Shown here one piece after another: positions 29,410 to 38,570 of a stretch of DNA of 64,000 nucleotides. Position 1 is the stretch's first letter, and each line of letters begins with the position of its first letter. Origin of the DNA: an uncultured Candidatus Saccharibacteria bacterium (GTDB lineage: Bacteria > Patescibacteriota > Saccharimonadia > Saccharimonadales > JACDBH01). The translations under genes and the position numbers were made by a program. Below the pieces are notes generated by a model. That model saw only the letters and a program-made list of their open reading frames with translations, was not told the origin of the DNA and ran no database searches. The stretch is from contig OZ246417.1 in the NCBI GenBank assembly GCA_965231105.1, forward strand, positions 100,094-164,093, written 5' to 3'.

Positions 29410-30264
29410 ATGAATGAGCAGTTACACGTTCCTTCTATTAACACGGCTATTATTCCGGTAGCTGGGTATGGGACTCGTATGCTTCCGGCTACTAAGGCGA
29501 TCGAGAAGTGCATGTTACCAATCGGTACCCGACCAGCGATTGATTTTATCGTCGAGCAGTGTGCCGGAGCAGGGGTAGAGAATATCGTATTTGTAACGTC
29601 GCCCGATTCGACACAATTACAAACCTATTTTGGTGAAAATAAACCGCTCGAAAGTTACCTAGAAGGTAAAAATAAAACCGCTGAGCTAGAAAGAGTGCGA
29701 GGAACTGGACGAGATCTGCACTTTACGTATGTAACGCAAGATATGAGTAAATACGGCACAGCCGTACCTGTATGGGATGCGCTTGAGAATGTGCCGGTTG
29801 GAAGAAAATTCTTGGTACTGATGGGTGATGACTTTAGCTATCGAGCAGATGACGGAAGCGACCTCGTTGATCTGATAGAGGCAACCAGAGCAGGTTCATA
29901 TGAACATGGCATGCTTGCTGCTACGGTAGCCGACGAAGAAGTTCATAAATACGGTATTTTAGATGTGAATGAGGCATCTGAGTTGCAAGGAATTCTCGAA
30001 AAGCCATCTCCCGAAGCGACTCCCTCACGCTTTATTAATATTAGTAAGTTCCTTTTAGATAGTGAAATCATCCAGCCTTTACTTGAAGATTACATGAACA
30101 CGCCTCGGAGCGGGGAATATATGATTACTGATGTGATTACAGAGGCTGCCCAGCGCGCGCCACTTTTGGTTCATCCAATTCGGGGTACATATATGGACGC
30201 TGGCTCTGAAGAAGGTTTGCTCCATTGTTATGACACAATAGTAAGACCAAAATACGAAAGGTAG
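29410..30264 (+). CDS. UTP--glucose-1-phosphate uridylyltransferase-like nucleotidyltransferase
   Basis: AIIPVAGYGTRMLPATKAIEKCMLPI signature. Confidence 0.8.
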   Translation: MNEQLHVPSINTAIIPVAGYGTRMLPATKAIEKCMLPIGTRPAIDFIVEQCAGAGVENIVFVTSPDSTQLQTYFGENKPLESYLEGKNKTAELERVRGTGRDLHFTYVTQDMSKYGTAVPVWDALENVPVGRKFLVLMGDDFSYRADDGSDLVDLIEATRAGSYEHGMLAATVADEEVHKYGILDVNEASELQGILEKPSPEATPSRFINISKFLLDSEIIQPLLEDYMNTPRSGEYMITDVITEAAQRAPLLVHPIRGTYMDAGSEEGLLHCYDTIVRPKYER

Positions 30265-30270
30265 CATACA

Positions 30271-31587
30271 GTGAGGTTTGAAACCGACGGTATCCGCGGA
30301 GCATATCCAAGACAAATTAATGATGGTGTTGCGTATAACCTAGGCTTAGCCGTAGGTGCTTTAGCAAAGGGACAGGATGTAGTGGTTGGGGGCGATACCA
30401 GAGAATCTACGCCCGAACTTTCGGCGTATGTGCAAGGAGGTCTATATGTTAGTAGGGCGGCCATACGAAATGTAGGTGTCCTACCAACACCGGGCATTGC
30501 CTATGCCAGCACGGTGCTTGATACCTATGCCGTTGCTATCACTGCCTCACACAATCCTTACACAGACAATGGCATCAAGGTCTTTGCACCCGGTGGCAAG
30601 AAAATAGATGATTCAGTTGCGCGTACGATTGAAGAGCAGATAGGTATCACCAGAAGGCAGCCTAAAGGCAAAGATCGGGAGGCTCCTCTCGATAAACAGC
30701 TTCGGGAAGAGTATGAAAATTATCTTCTTCATAGTGCAGGCGATACTCGACCATTCCTTGATATGACCTTTGTGGTAGATAGCGCTAATGGTGCTGGTTA
30801 TGAAATTGGCCCGCGGGTATTGAGACGACTCGGTGCAGAAGTTATGTCGATGGCGAGCCTGCCAGACGGCAGAAATATTAACAGGGAATGCGGTGCAGCC
30901 TATAAGGATAAGTCGCGACTTCTCGGTATGGTGAAGCGATATGAAGCCGACGCCGGTATCACACTAGATGGGGACGCGGATAGGGTTATGCTCATAACCC
31001 CCGAGGGCCGAGTATTAGATGGCGATCGTATCATGTATATTCTGGCGGTTCACGCCAAACAAAATGGCCGAAATATTCCAGCCGTTGTTGGTACGCATAT
31101 GAGCAATATTGGCTTTGAGGTGGCACTGCGCGAGCAGGGCATTGATTTAATAAGAGCAGATGTAGGTGATCGATTTGTATCTGAAAAACTGGATGAGCAT
31201 GCATTGCCCATTGGTGGCGAGCAAGCTGGACATGTGATTCTCAAAGATTATGCTCACTCGGGCGACGGTATCCTCACTGCTATCCAGACAATGCGGGCGG
31301 TACGTGAATTAGACAAAAGTTTGGATGAATGGGCTGAAGCAATGATTGATTATCCGCAAGTACTAGTAAATATTCCTGGCGTAAATAAGCGACGGGTGCG
31401 GAACAAGGAAGTGCTTGAAGCTGTTGCATCGGTGCAGGAGGTGCTCGGAGAAAATGGTAGCGTGAATGTTCGGGCTTCTGGCACTGAGCCACTTGTCCGC
31501 GTAATGGTACAGGCTGCAGACCGAAGCGAAGAAGAGGTGGCGGGACTCGCGACCCACCTCGAGACTGTTATACGCTCCCGTGCGTAA
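30271..31587 (+). CDS. glmM: phosphoglucosamine mutase / phosphohexomutase
   Basis: GTG start. Active-site TASHNPYTDNGIK, metal loop DGDADR and GEQAGH sugar-binding loop. Confidence 0.8.
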   Translation: MRFETDGIRGAYPRQINDGVAYNLGLAVGALAKGQDVVVGGDTRESTPELSAYVQGGLYVSRAAIRNVGVLPTPGIAYASTVLDTYAVAITASHNPYTDNGIKVFAPGGKKIDDSVARTIEEQIGITRRQPKGKDREAPLDKQLREEYENYLLHSAGDTRPFLDMTFVVDSANGAGYEIGPRVLRRLGAEVMSMASLPDGRNINRECGAAYKDKSRLLGMVKRYEADAGITLDGDADRVMLITPEGRVLDGDRIMYILAVHAKQNGRNIPAVVGTHMSNIGFEVALREQGIDLIRADVGDRFVSEKLDEHALPIGGEQAGHVILKDYAHSGDGILTAIQTMRAVRELDKSLDEWAEAMIDYPQVLVNIPGVNKRRVRNKEVLEAVASVQEVLGENGSVNVRASGTEPLVRVMVQAADRSEEEVAGLATHLETVIRSRA

Positions 31588-31614
31588 AACGTAAGCTTTG
31601 CTACAATAGTATGA

Positions 31615-32871
31615 ATGGCAAATTTATTTCCGGATGATTTTTTGTGGGGTGCTTCTACTTCTGCCCATCAGGTAGAAGGCGGAAATTATAACCAATGGAC
31701 CGTGTGGGAGCTTGCCCATGCGAAGGAGCTTGCTGCTACCGCTGATAAGCGCTTAGATTGGATTCCTGGATACGAAAAGTTTAAGGCACAGGCCAATGAT
31801 CCTGATAATTATGTATCAGGTAAAGGCGTTGATCACTTTCATAAATACCGGGAGGATTTTGCGCTTTTAGATAAACTTAATCTGAATTCGTTCCGTTTTG
31901 GTATTGAATGGAGCAGAGTAGAGCCCGAAGAGGGTGTATGGGATAAGAGTGCTTTTGATCATTACCACAATTACATTGCGGAACTTAAAGCTCGCGGCAT
32001 CGAGCCTGTCCTTAATCTCTGGCACTGGACACATCCAATTTGGTTTGAGGATAAGGGCGCGTTTGCCAAGAGCGCAAATATTGGCTATTTCCTGCGTTTT
32101 GTTACCAAAGTCGCAGAAGAGTTTAAGGATGAGGTGCGCTACATCATCACCCTCAATGAGCCCAATGTGTATACATCGCTCAGCTATATGACCGGTGAAT
32201 GGCCGCCACAAAAGAAATCACCGCTCAAGGGCTTGTGGGTGTATTGGAACCTGGTACGAGCTCATAAATATAGCTATGTCATCTTAAAAAGGGAGAATCC
32301 GGAGTTTCAGATTGGTATTGCCGCCCAGCTCTCGCATAACCAGCCAAAACGAAAAGACTCACTGTTCGACAAGCTGGTTGCACGCTTGGCAGGCTATGCC
32401 TGGAACTGGTGGTTCTTAAACCGTATCCGCAGGCACCAAGATTTCTTGGGTTTTAACTATTACTTTGCTGATTATTATGAAGGGCTTAAAAGGAATAATC
32501 CCAAAACCCCTACCAGTGACCTTGGCTGGTATATGGAGCCCTCAGGTGTCGGGGAGGTGGCAACAAAAGTCTGGCTTAAATATCATAAACCGGTGATTAT
32601 TACCGAAAACGGACTTGCCGATCATTCTGACGAGCATCGTCAGTGGTGGCTCAAAGAATCAATGCTGGCCATAATAAAAGCGCGTAAAGCAGGGGTGAAC
32701 TTAATTGGTTATTTTCATTGGAGCCTGCTGGATAACTTTGAATGGAAGTATGGGTGGTGGCCTCGTTTCGGATTGGTTGAGGTAGATCGTGAGCATGGTA
32801 TGAAACGTACGATTCGCCCGAGTGCTAAATGGTGGGGGAAACAGCTGGAAAAGATCAAATCTCTCGAGTAG
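31615..32871 (+). CDS. glycoside hydrolase family 1 beta-glucosidase
   Basis: FLWGASTSAHQVEG, acid/base TLNEPN, nucleophile ITENG and FEW motif. Confidence 0.9.
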   Translation: MANLFPDDFLWGASTSAHQVEGGNYNQWTVWELAHAKELAATADKRLDWIPGYEKFKAQANDPDNYVSGKGVDHFHKYREDFALLDKLNLNSFRFGIEWSRVEPEEGVWDKSAFDHYHNYIAELKARGIEPVLNLWHWTHPIWFEDKGAFAKSANIGYFLRFVTKVAEEFKDEVRYIITLNEPNVYTSLSYMTGEWPPQKKSPLKGLWVYWNLVRAHKYSYVILKRENPEFQIGIAAQLSHNQPKRKDSLFDKLVARLAGYAWNWWFLNRIRRHQDFLGFNYYFADYYEGLKRNNPKTPTSDLGWYMEPSGVGEVATKVWLKYHKPVIITENGLADHSDEHRQWWLKESMLAIIKARKAGVNLIGYFHWSLLDNFEWKYGWWPRFGLVEVDREHGMKRTIRPSAKWWGKQLEKIKSLE

Positions 32872-32884
32872 GCAGGTCATGACA

Positions 32885-32913
32885 TTGACAAATCTGTAAT
32901 AATAGTCTATTAT
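32885..32913 (+). promoter_or_regulatory. sigma-70-type promoter (TTGACA-17-TATTAT), probably giving a leaderless mRNA
   Basis: TTGACA at 32885-32890, a 17-nt spacer and TATTAT at 32908-32913. The ATG of the next ORF sits at 32920, where the TSS is expected. Confidence 0.55.
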
Positions 32914-32919
32914 AGAAGC

Positions 32920-33252
32920 ATGTCTGATTTAGAACAAAAATATGCTTTCACACAAACACCTGAACGCCGTCATCTTCTTCGTGATGCTGTTGTGGTAGGC
33001 ATCGCGTCTACGGCTTTATTGGGTGTAGCAAAAGCTACCGATAACGGAGATAAGCTCCCAATAGTGGGTGATACGAAGCGCATCGTGCATGATCAATTTA
33101 TTGTACCTGTCGCGGGTAAAGTGTTTGAGCTCGGTGATTCAATCGGGTTCTTTGGTTCATCACCTGAGCCCCTTGAGCCTCAAGCGCCGACTCCGATTTC
33201 TCCTGCAGCTCCACAAGGCGGTATTCCACTCAGTCGTTCGGATATTTCTTAG
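32920..33252 (+). CDS. hypothetical protein
   Basis: 110-aa ORF with one hydrophobic segment and no SD. It is followed by a clean terminator. Confidence 0.4.
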   Translation: MSDLEQKYAFTQTPERRHLLRDAVVVGIASTALLGVAKATDNGDKLPIVGDTKRIVHDQFIVPVAGKVFELGDSIGFFGSSPEPLEPQAPTPISPAAPQGGIPLSRSDIS

Positions 33253-33286
33253 TAGCGTCTTAGTAATTTCCTATACCGCTATATAT

Positions 33287-33313
33287 CGAGCCAAACGGCT
33301 CGTTTTGCTATTT
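33287..33313 (+). terminator. rho-independent terminator
   Basis: CGAGCC-AAAC-GGCTCG hairpin followed by TTTTGCTATTT. Confidence 0.7.
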
Positions 33314-33366
33314 CTGTGGATAAATTATAGAAAAGCAGGGGTTTTACTCATAGAATCTACTTGCAT

Positions 33367-33416
33367 GTGGGTAATGGTGGGTAGTATGCTCATGTCAGTG
33401 GGTAATCGTGGGTAAC
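33367..33416 (+). promoter_or_regulatory. four direct GTGGGTA(A/G) boxes, putative MraZ operator overlapping the dcw promoter
   Basis: Boxes start at 33367, 33377, 33398 and 33408, forming two pairs with 10-bp spacing. They lie 67-116 nt upstream of mraZ. TTGCAT (33361) and TAGTAT (33382) are possible -35/-10 elements. Confidence 0.5.
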
Positions 33417-33482
33417 CAAAATAAGTTACCTCGAAGAACAAAAAACAAAAAACCACTAATTTAAAAAATTTAAGGACGACAG

Positions 33483-33836
33483 GTGGACTACTTCGAACGG
33501 AGACTTGACGATAAACGGCGGTTAACCATACCCGCTGAACTTCGTGCAGAGTTTTCGAGCGGCGTGGTCATTACCCGAGGGTTCGGTGAATACCTCCATT
33601 TCTACCCGAAAGCGGTCTGGGATGAAGAGGTTGAGCCAAAGCTTAAAGGAAATATCCTTGATGAGCGAACGGCCGACCTTAACGTACAGTTTCGGATGGG
33701 CCGGGTCGAAAGCGTCATTGACGCCAAGCAGGGTAGAGTAACTCTCGAACAACACCACCTCGATTACGCACACATGACGCGTGATGTCGTTGCAGTCCGT
33801 GCTGGCCGCTATTGGCGTGTTCAAGCAAAGGCTTGA
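33483..33836 (+). CDS. mraZ: MraZ-like transcriptional regulator (compact, 117 aa)
   Basis: GTG start and two half-domains with DDKRRLTIPAELR and DAKQGRVTLEQ motifs. It holds the first position of the dcw cluster. Confidence 0.7.
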   Translation: MDYFERRLDDKRRLTIPAELRAEFSSGVVITRGFGEYLHFYPKAVWDEEVEPKLKGNILDERTADLNVQFRMGRVESVIDAKQGRVTLEQHHLDYAHMTRDVVAVRAGRYWRVQAKA

Positions 33837-34198
33837 GCATATTCCATAGTTTGGCGGTTCTTTAACAATTTATTACGATACAAGTTCATTTAGAAAAACT
33901 AAAAACCGACTCGAGACCAGCGATTCGGCAATCAACACGCGGGACCAACGGGGATAACCGCGTTTAAAAACCCTCGCACCTTACTTTAAAACACCTCCCA
34001 AAACTCCACCTCACATATAAGTCTCTCAAAACTTTGATGATCTAGATCAAGATATTAGACAGTTTCATAACTGGCTCTCGTAAACTATTTTGATCACCAA
34101 ATAATCATCAAAGAGACAACAAAAACAAAAACAACCAAAAAACAAAAAGTTGATTGCTGATTCGGTGGCCTTGTAAAAACAAAAATACAAGAAAAACC

Positions 34199-35095
34199 AT
34201 GTCTATAGTCCAAAATCAAAATAAAAACCAACATCATATTCCAGTCATGCTCGAAGAAGTGCTCGAGTATCTGAACCCACAGGAAGGGGAATCTTACCTT
34301 GACCTGACGGCCGGATACGGCGGACACGCGAGCGTTATACTGGAACGCACCTTAGACGCAAAGAAGGCCGTTTTCGTTGATCGTGATGAAAATGCCATAG
34401 CCTTCTTGCAACAACAATACAAGGGTAGTGGCGCTTATGTAGTCCACACGGATTTTGTCAGCGCAGCCCGAGACCTCCTTACAAAAGGACGTACGTTCGA
34501 CATAATGTTGGCGGATTTAGGCGTGTCGTCACCGCACCTTAACCAGGCGAGTCGCGGCTTTAGTTTTCAGCAAGATGCGCCCCTCGATATGCGGATGGAT
34601 ACCCGGCAGTCACTTACAGCTGACTTCATAGTTAATACCTATGACAAAGCTAGACTGACAGATATCTTGAGAACATATGGAGAGGAACCAAAAGCCAGCG
34701 CAATTGCGGATAGGATCGTTTCCAGCCGTCCTATTCACTCAACGTCGCAACTAGCCCGTGTTGCTGCCCAGGCTTGGCCGGGGCACAGCAAGGTACATCC
34801 GGCGACCCGAACGTTCCAAGCGCTTCGGATTGCCGTGAATGACGAGTTGGGGCTCCTCAAAAAAGCCTTACCGTTATGGGTGGACCTACTGGCCCCGGGT
34901 GGGCGCTTAGTAATTCTTTCTTTCCATAGTTTGGAAGACCGAATTGTGAAGCAATTCTTCAGTGAGAAAACAGGCGATCGGTATGATGCCGAACTCCAGT
35001 TGCTTACGAAGAAGCCCGTTACCCCAAAGCCGACTGAAATCGTTTCCAACCCGCGTGCCCGTAGTACAAAACTGCGAGCCGTTGCAAAAAAATAA
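34199..35095 (+). CDS. rsmH: 16S rRNA (cytosine1402-N4)-methyltransferase
   Basis: HIPVMLEEVLEYL, DLTAGYGGH, ADLGVSSPHL and SFHSLEDRIVK. I chose the ATG at 34199 over the TTG at 34154. Confidence 0.9.
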   Translation: MSIVQNQNKNQHHIPVMLEEVLEYLNPQEGESYLDLTAGYGGHASVILERTLDAKKAVFVDRDENAIAFLQQQYKGSGAYVVHTDFVSAARDLLTKGRTFDIMLADLGVSSPHLNQASRGFSFQQDAPLDMRMDTRQSLTADFIVNTYDKARLTDILRTYGEEPKASAIADRIVSSRPIHSTSQLARVAAQAWPGHSKVHPATRTFQALRIAVNDELGLLKKALPLWVDLLAPGGRLVILSFHSLEDRIVKQFFSEKTGDRYDAELQLLTKKPVTPKPTEIVSNPRARSTKLRAVAKK

Positions 35096-35266
35096 AAACA
35101 AAAAAGAAAGGGGAAGCTAAAACTTATGCCAATCCAGGTAAAAAGCAGCTCCCGTGCGTATAAAGTTAGAGTCCGCGTACTCTAAACCACGCAACAAGCA
35201 GGGTGGGGTAAAACCCACTCTGCACCAAAAAAGAAAACAAACTAAAAAGAAACACAAAAATAAACA

Positions 35267-35614
35267 ATGACATATTCAAGTTCTCTCGCTATGAGCCGTC
35301 AGCGCTATGCGCAGCGCAACCAAAACGTCGTCGGCTTTGCGCCAAAAATCAAAGGCTTTGGCCCAATCAGCAATACGATTGTACTGATTGTCCTGGCCTG
35401 TATTTTAGGTTTGCTTTATCTCACACAAGTTACTAAAACGAATGCCTATGGTTATCAGATCGATGAACTACGTACTCAGGCAACTGCTCTTAAGTCAGAA
35501 CACGATGAACTCGAAGTAGCAGCAGCTCGTTTGCAAGCTCTCGAGCGCGCCAATAGTAGCTCTGCAAACAACGACCTCGTATCTGTAGCGCCCACGGCAG
35601 TAGTACAGAACTAG
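35267..35614 (+). CDS. FtsL-like cell-division protein
   Basis: Single TM helix plus coiled coil (QIDELRTQATALKSEHDELEVAAARLQ). The call rests on its position between rsmH and ftsI. Confidence 0.5.
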   Translation: MTYSSSLAMSRQRYAQRNQNVVGFAPKIKGFGPISNTIVLIVLACILGLLYLTQVTKTNAYGYQIDELRTQATALKSEHDELEVAAARLQALERANSSSANNDLVSVAPTAVVQN

Positions 35615-35649
35615 TGAGTACCTAAAGAAAGGGTATAATAAATTCTCAC

Positions 35650-37452
35650 GTGCCGAACGTTACCCCTAACTACCGAACGAACAGCAGTTCTCGACCCTCA
35701 ATTAACCCGGTAAATACAACGACCCGGGTTCGGTTTATTTATGGCTTTTTATCTTTGATTATGGCGGTATTTCTCTTCCGCCTTTTTTATTTACAAATAA
35801 TTCGTCACGACTATTACCGTAAAGCGGCTTTGCAGTCCCAGCTCAAAGAGTATGAGATCCCAGCAGAGCGGGGTACGATCCGTGCGCATGATGGCGACAA
35901 CACAATCCCGCTGGTATTAAACGAAAAGAAATATACGTTGTTTGCCGATCCAACCTTTGTAAAAGACCCTGAAAAAGAAGCTGCTGCAGTGGCGGCAATT
36001 ATTGGTGGGGACATAAATGAGCTTATGACGAAGCTTAAAACTCCTGATACGCGCTATGTTATTCTGGCAAAGAAGCTATCGAAAGAGCAGAGTACGAAGC
36101 TCAATGATCTTAAATTTGCTGGCATAGGTACCCGAGAAACACCTTATCGTACCTACCCTCAGGGATCACTCGCATCTCAACTCTTAGGCTTTGTGAATGA
36201 TGACGGCGAAGGGCAGTATGGGTTAGAGCAGTCGCTTGATGAGCGTTTACGTGGCCAACCAGGCGAATTAAAGGCCATTACTGATGCCGCTGGAGTGCCA
36301 CTTGTATCTAATACTGATAATATCGTCACCGATCCTAAGGCAGGCGAAGAACTCCTTCTTACGATTGACATTGGGCTCCAAAGGCAGCTAGAAGACCTTC
36401 TAAAGGCCGGACTGGATAAGGCGAGAAGTACCTCCGGAAGTGCCCTGATCATGGAAGTAAAAACGGGGGCAGTGAAAGCAATGGCTAACTATCCCACTTA
36501 TGATCCCACCCACTTACAAGACGTGACTGATTTAAGCGTGCTGGGGAATGCGGTGGTAAGCGCTCCTTTGGAAGTAGGCTCAATCATGAAGCCGCTCACC
36601 GCCGCTGCAGCCCTAGATCAGGGTGTCGTAAACACTAACACTACCTATAACGACCCCGCTCGCATCCGTATCGGCGATGCAACCGTTAATAATATTGAAG
36701 AAGATGGTGGCCCAGGTATTAAAAGTGTGGCAGATATTTTACAGTTGTCGCTTAACACGGGTGCAGTATATCTCTTGCAACAAATGGGCGGCGGCGATAT
36801 TAACAGTAAGGCTCGTGAACGCTGGCACAGCTACTTAACAGACCACTTTAATATGGGGTCTGTGACAGGTATTGAACAGACAGGTGAGGCAACGGGTAGT
36901 GTGCCTGAGCCAGAAGAAGGCTTTGGACTTGAAATTCAGTATGCCAACATGTCTTTCGGGCAGGGTATGTCTTCGACAGTCCTGCAAATGGGCGCTGCCT
37001 TCTCGAGTATCGTAAACGGAGGTACGTATTATCAGCCTTACCTCGTAGAGAGTAGCACTGACTCCAGCGGAAAAACGACCACTACGACGCCAAAGGCAGT
37101 GCGAACATCCGTGTCAGCCGATACAAGCCGAGATATGGTAGGGCTCCTTAAGTATGTATTTGATAAAAACCATGTGTTGTATGGAATGCCAAATCTGCGT
37201 GACGGCTATATGATCGGCGGTAAAACGGGTACAGCTCAGATTCCGGACCTGGAGAACGGAGGATATCACGATGATAAATATAATGGTACTTTTGCAGGAT
37301 TTGTTGGCGGAAGCGCACCCGAATACGTTATTGTGGTGCGGGTTAATGAACCAAAAATCGGTGGTTATGCTGGCTCAAAAGCTGCAGCCCCAATCTTTAC
37401 TTCACTTGTTTCTATGATGATCGATAATTACGGCATAACCCCGGCGCGATAA
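35650..37452 (+). CDS. ftsI: penicillin-binding protein 2 / FtsI-type transpeptidase
   Basis: GTG start, an N-terminal TM helix and a PBP dimerisation domain. The transpeptidase SxxK is at GSIMKP and KTG at GGKTGTAQ. Confidence 0.85.
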   Translation: MPNVTPNYRTNSSSRPSINPVNTTTRVRFIYGFLSLIMAVFLFRLFYLQIIRHDYYRKAALQSQLKEYEIPAERGTIRAHDGDNTIPLVLNEKKYTLFADPTFVKDPEKEAAAVAAIIGGDINELMTKLKTPDTRYVILAKKLSKEQSTKLNDLKFAGIGTRETPYRTYPQGSLASQLLGFVNDDGEGQYGLEQSLDERLRGQPGELKAITDAAGVPLVSNTDNIVTDPKAGEELLLTIDIGLQRQLEDLLKAGLDKARSTSGSALIMEVKTGAVKAMANYPTYDPTHLQDVTDLSVLGNAVVSAPLEVGSIMKPLTAAAALDQGVVNTNTTYNDPARIRIGDATVNNIEEDGGPGIKSVADILQLSLNTGAVYLLQQMGGGDINSKARERWHSYLTDHFNMGSVTGIEQTGEATGSVPEPEEGFGLEIQYANMSFGQGMSSTVLQMGAAFSSIVNGGTYYQPYLVESSTDSSGKTTTTTPKAVRTSVSADTSRDMVGLLKYVFDKNHVLYGMPNLRDGYMIGGKTGTAQIPDLENGGYHDDKYNGTFAGFVGGSAPEYVIVVRVNEPKIGGYAGSKAAAPIFTSLVSMMIDNYGITPAR

Positions 37453-37526
37453 GGAGGGATATATGCCGTTTCTCGTGACTTATAGCGTATAATGTTAACT
37501 AATAAATAGGCTTTCAAGCAACAAAC

Positions 37527-38570
37527 ATGTCAGAAATCATTCACATCTTCGTCCAGCCAAGCACCTTTATTAAGATTTTGCTCTTAGGATTTTCAGGCTT
37601 TTTTGTAAGCATGTTGCTTACGCCGCTGTACACAACCTATGCATATAAACACCAGTGGTGGAAGCGTGCACGCACCTCTGCTGCGACTGGCGAAAAAGCG
37701 AAGGTGTATCAGCAGTTGCACGGTGCCAAACACAGCCGCCATATTCCGACGGCCGCCGGTATCATCTTTGTTATTTCGGTCTTATTGGTGACGGTTATTT
37801 TTAACCTTAATCGAACTGAAACCTGGTTGCCGCTTGCGGCGATGGCAGGGGCAGGGCTGATCGGTTTTGTTGATGACATGTTTAATATTCGCGGCAACAA
37901 CGGCATTGCCGGTATGCAGGCCAAACTTAAGCTGCTACTCATTACAGTTGTAGCGCTTATAGGTGGCTGGTGGTTTTACGATAAACTCGATGTAAGCAGT
38001 ATCTCGATTCCGCTGATCGCCGAACCATTCCATCTTGGCTGGCTCATCATTCCACTCTTTGTATTAGTGGTGGTAGCAACGGCTAACGCGGTAAATATTA
38101 CCGATGGACTCGATGGCCTTGCAGGTGGTCTCGCTGCCATTTCTTTTGGAACATATGCCATTATTGCGTTTCTAGAAGAGCGCTACGGTATTGCGGGTTT
38201 TTGTCTCACGGTCGTAGGCGCGCTTTTAAGCTATACCTGGTTTAATATCTATCCGGCTCGTTTCTTTATGGGTGATGTAGGATCCTTTGCCTTAGGTACG
38301 GCACTCGGTGTGGTGGCTATGCTTACCGACACCGTTTTGATTTTGCCTATTATTGGGCTGGTTTTTGTTGTGGAAGCAGGCTCAAGCTTGCTGCAAATTT
38401 TGTCCAAGAAACTCAGAAACGGCAAAAAAATATTCCGTATTGCACCCATTCATCACCATTTCGAGGCATTAGGCTGGGAAGAAACAAAAGTAACCATGCG
38501 GTTTTGGATCATAGGTCAGGTAGCGAGTGTCTTAGGGCTCGCACTCTTTATGATTGGTAGAGCACTATGA
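37527..38570 (+). CDS. mraY: phospho-N-acetylmuramoyl-pentapeptide transferase
   Basis: NAVNITDGLDGLA, MGDVGSFALG and APIHHHFE motifs. Confidence 0.95.
   Translation: MSEIIHIFVQPSTFIKILLLGFSGFFVSMLLTPLYTTYAYKHQWWKRARTSAATGEKAKVYQQLHGAKHSRHIPTAAGIIFVISVLLVTVIFNLNRTETWLPLAAMAGAGLIGFVDDMFNIRGNNGIAGMQAKLKLLLITVVALIGGWWFYDKLDVSSISIPLIAEPFHLGWLIIPLFVLVVVATANAVNITDGLDGLAGGLAAISFGTYAIIAFLEERYGIAGFCLTVVGALLSYTWFNIYPARFFMGDVGSFALGTALGVVAMLTDTVLILPIIGLVFVVEAGSSLLQILSKKLRNGKKIFRIAPIHHHFEALGWEETKVTMRFWIIGQVASVLGLALFMIGRAL

Noticed and set aside
33315-33323. Perfect DnaA-box complement TGTGGATAA. A second copy lies at 44224-44232.
   Set aside because: They are two isolated boxes about 11 kb apart, with no cluster, no adjacent AT-rich unwinding element and no dnaA/dnaN. 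This is not an origin.
34094-34327. 77-aa minus-strand ORF overlapping the rsmH start.
   Set aside because: It is the antisense of the A/C-rich spacer and the rsmH 5' end. Its translation is Phe/Val-rich as expected from poly-A/C antisense, with no RBS.
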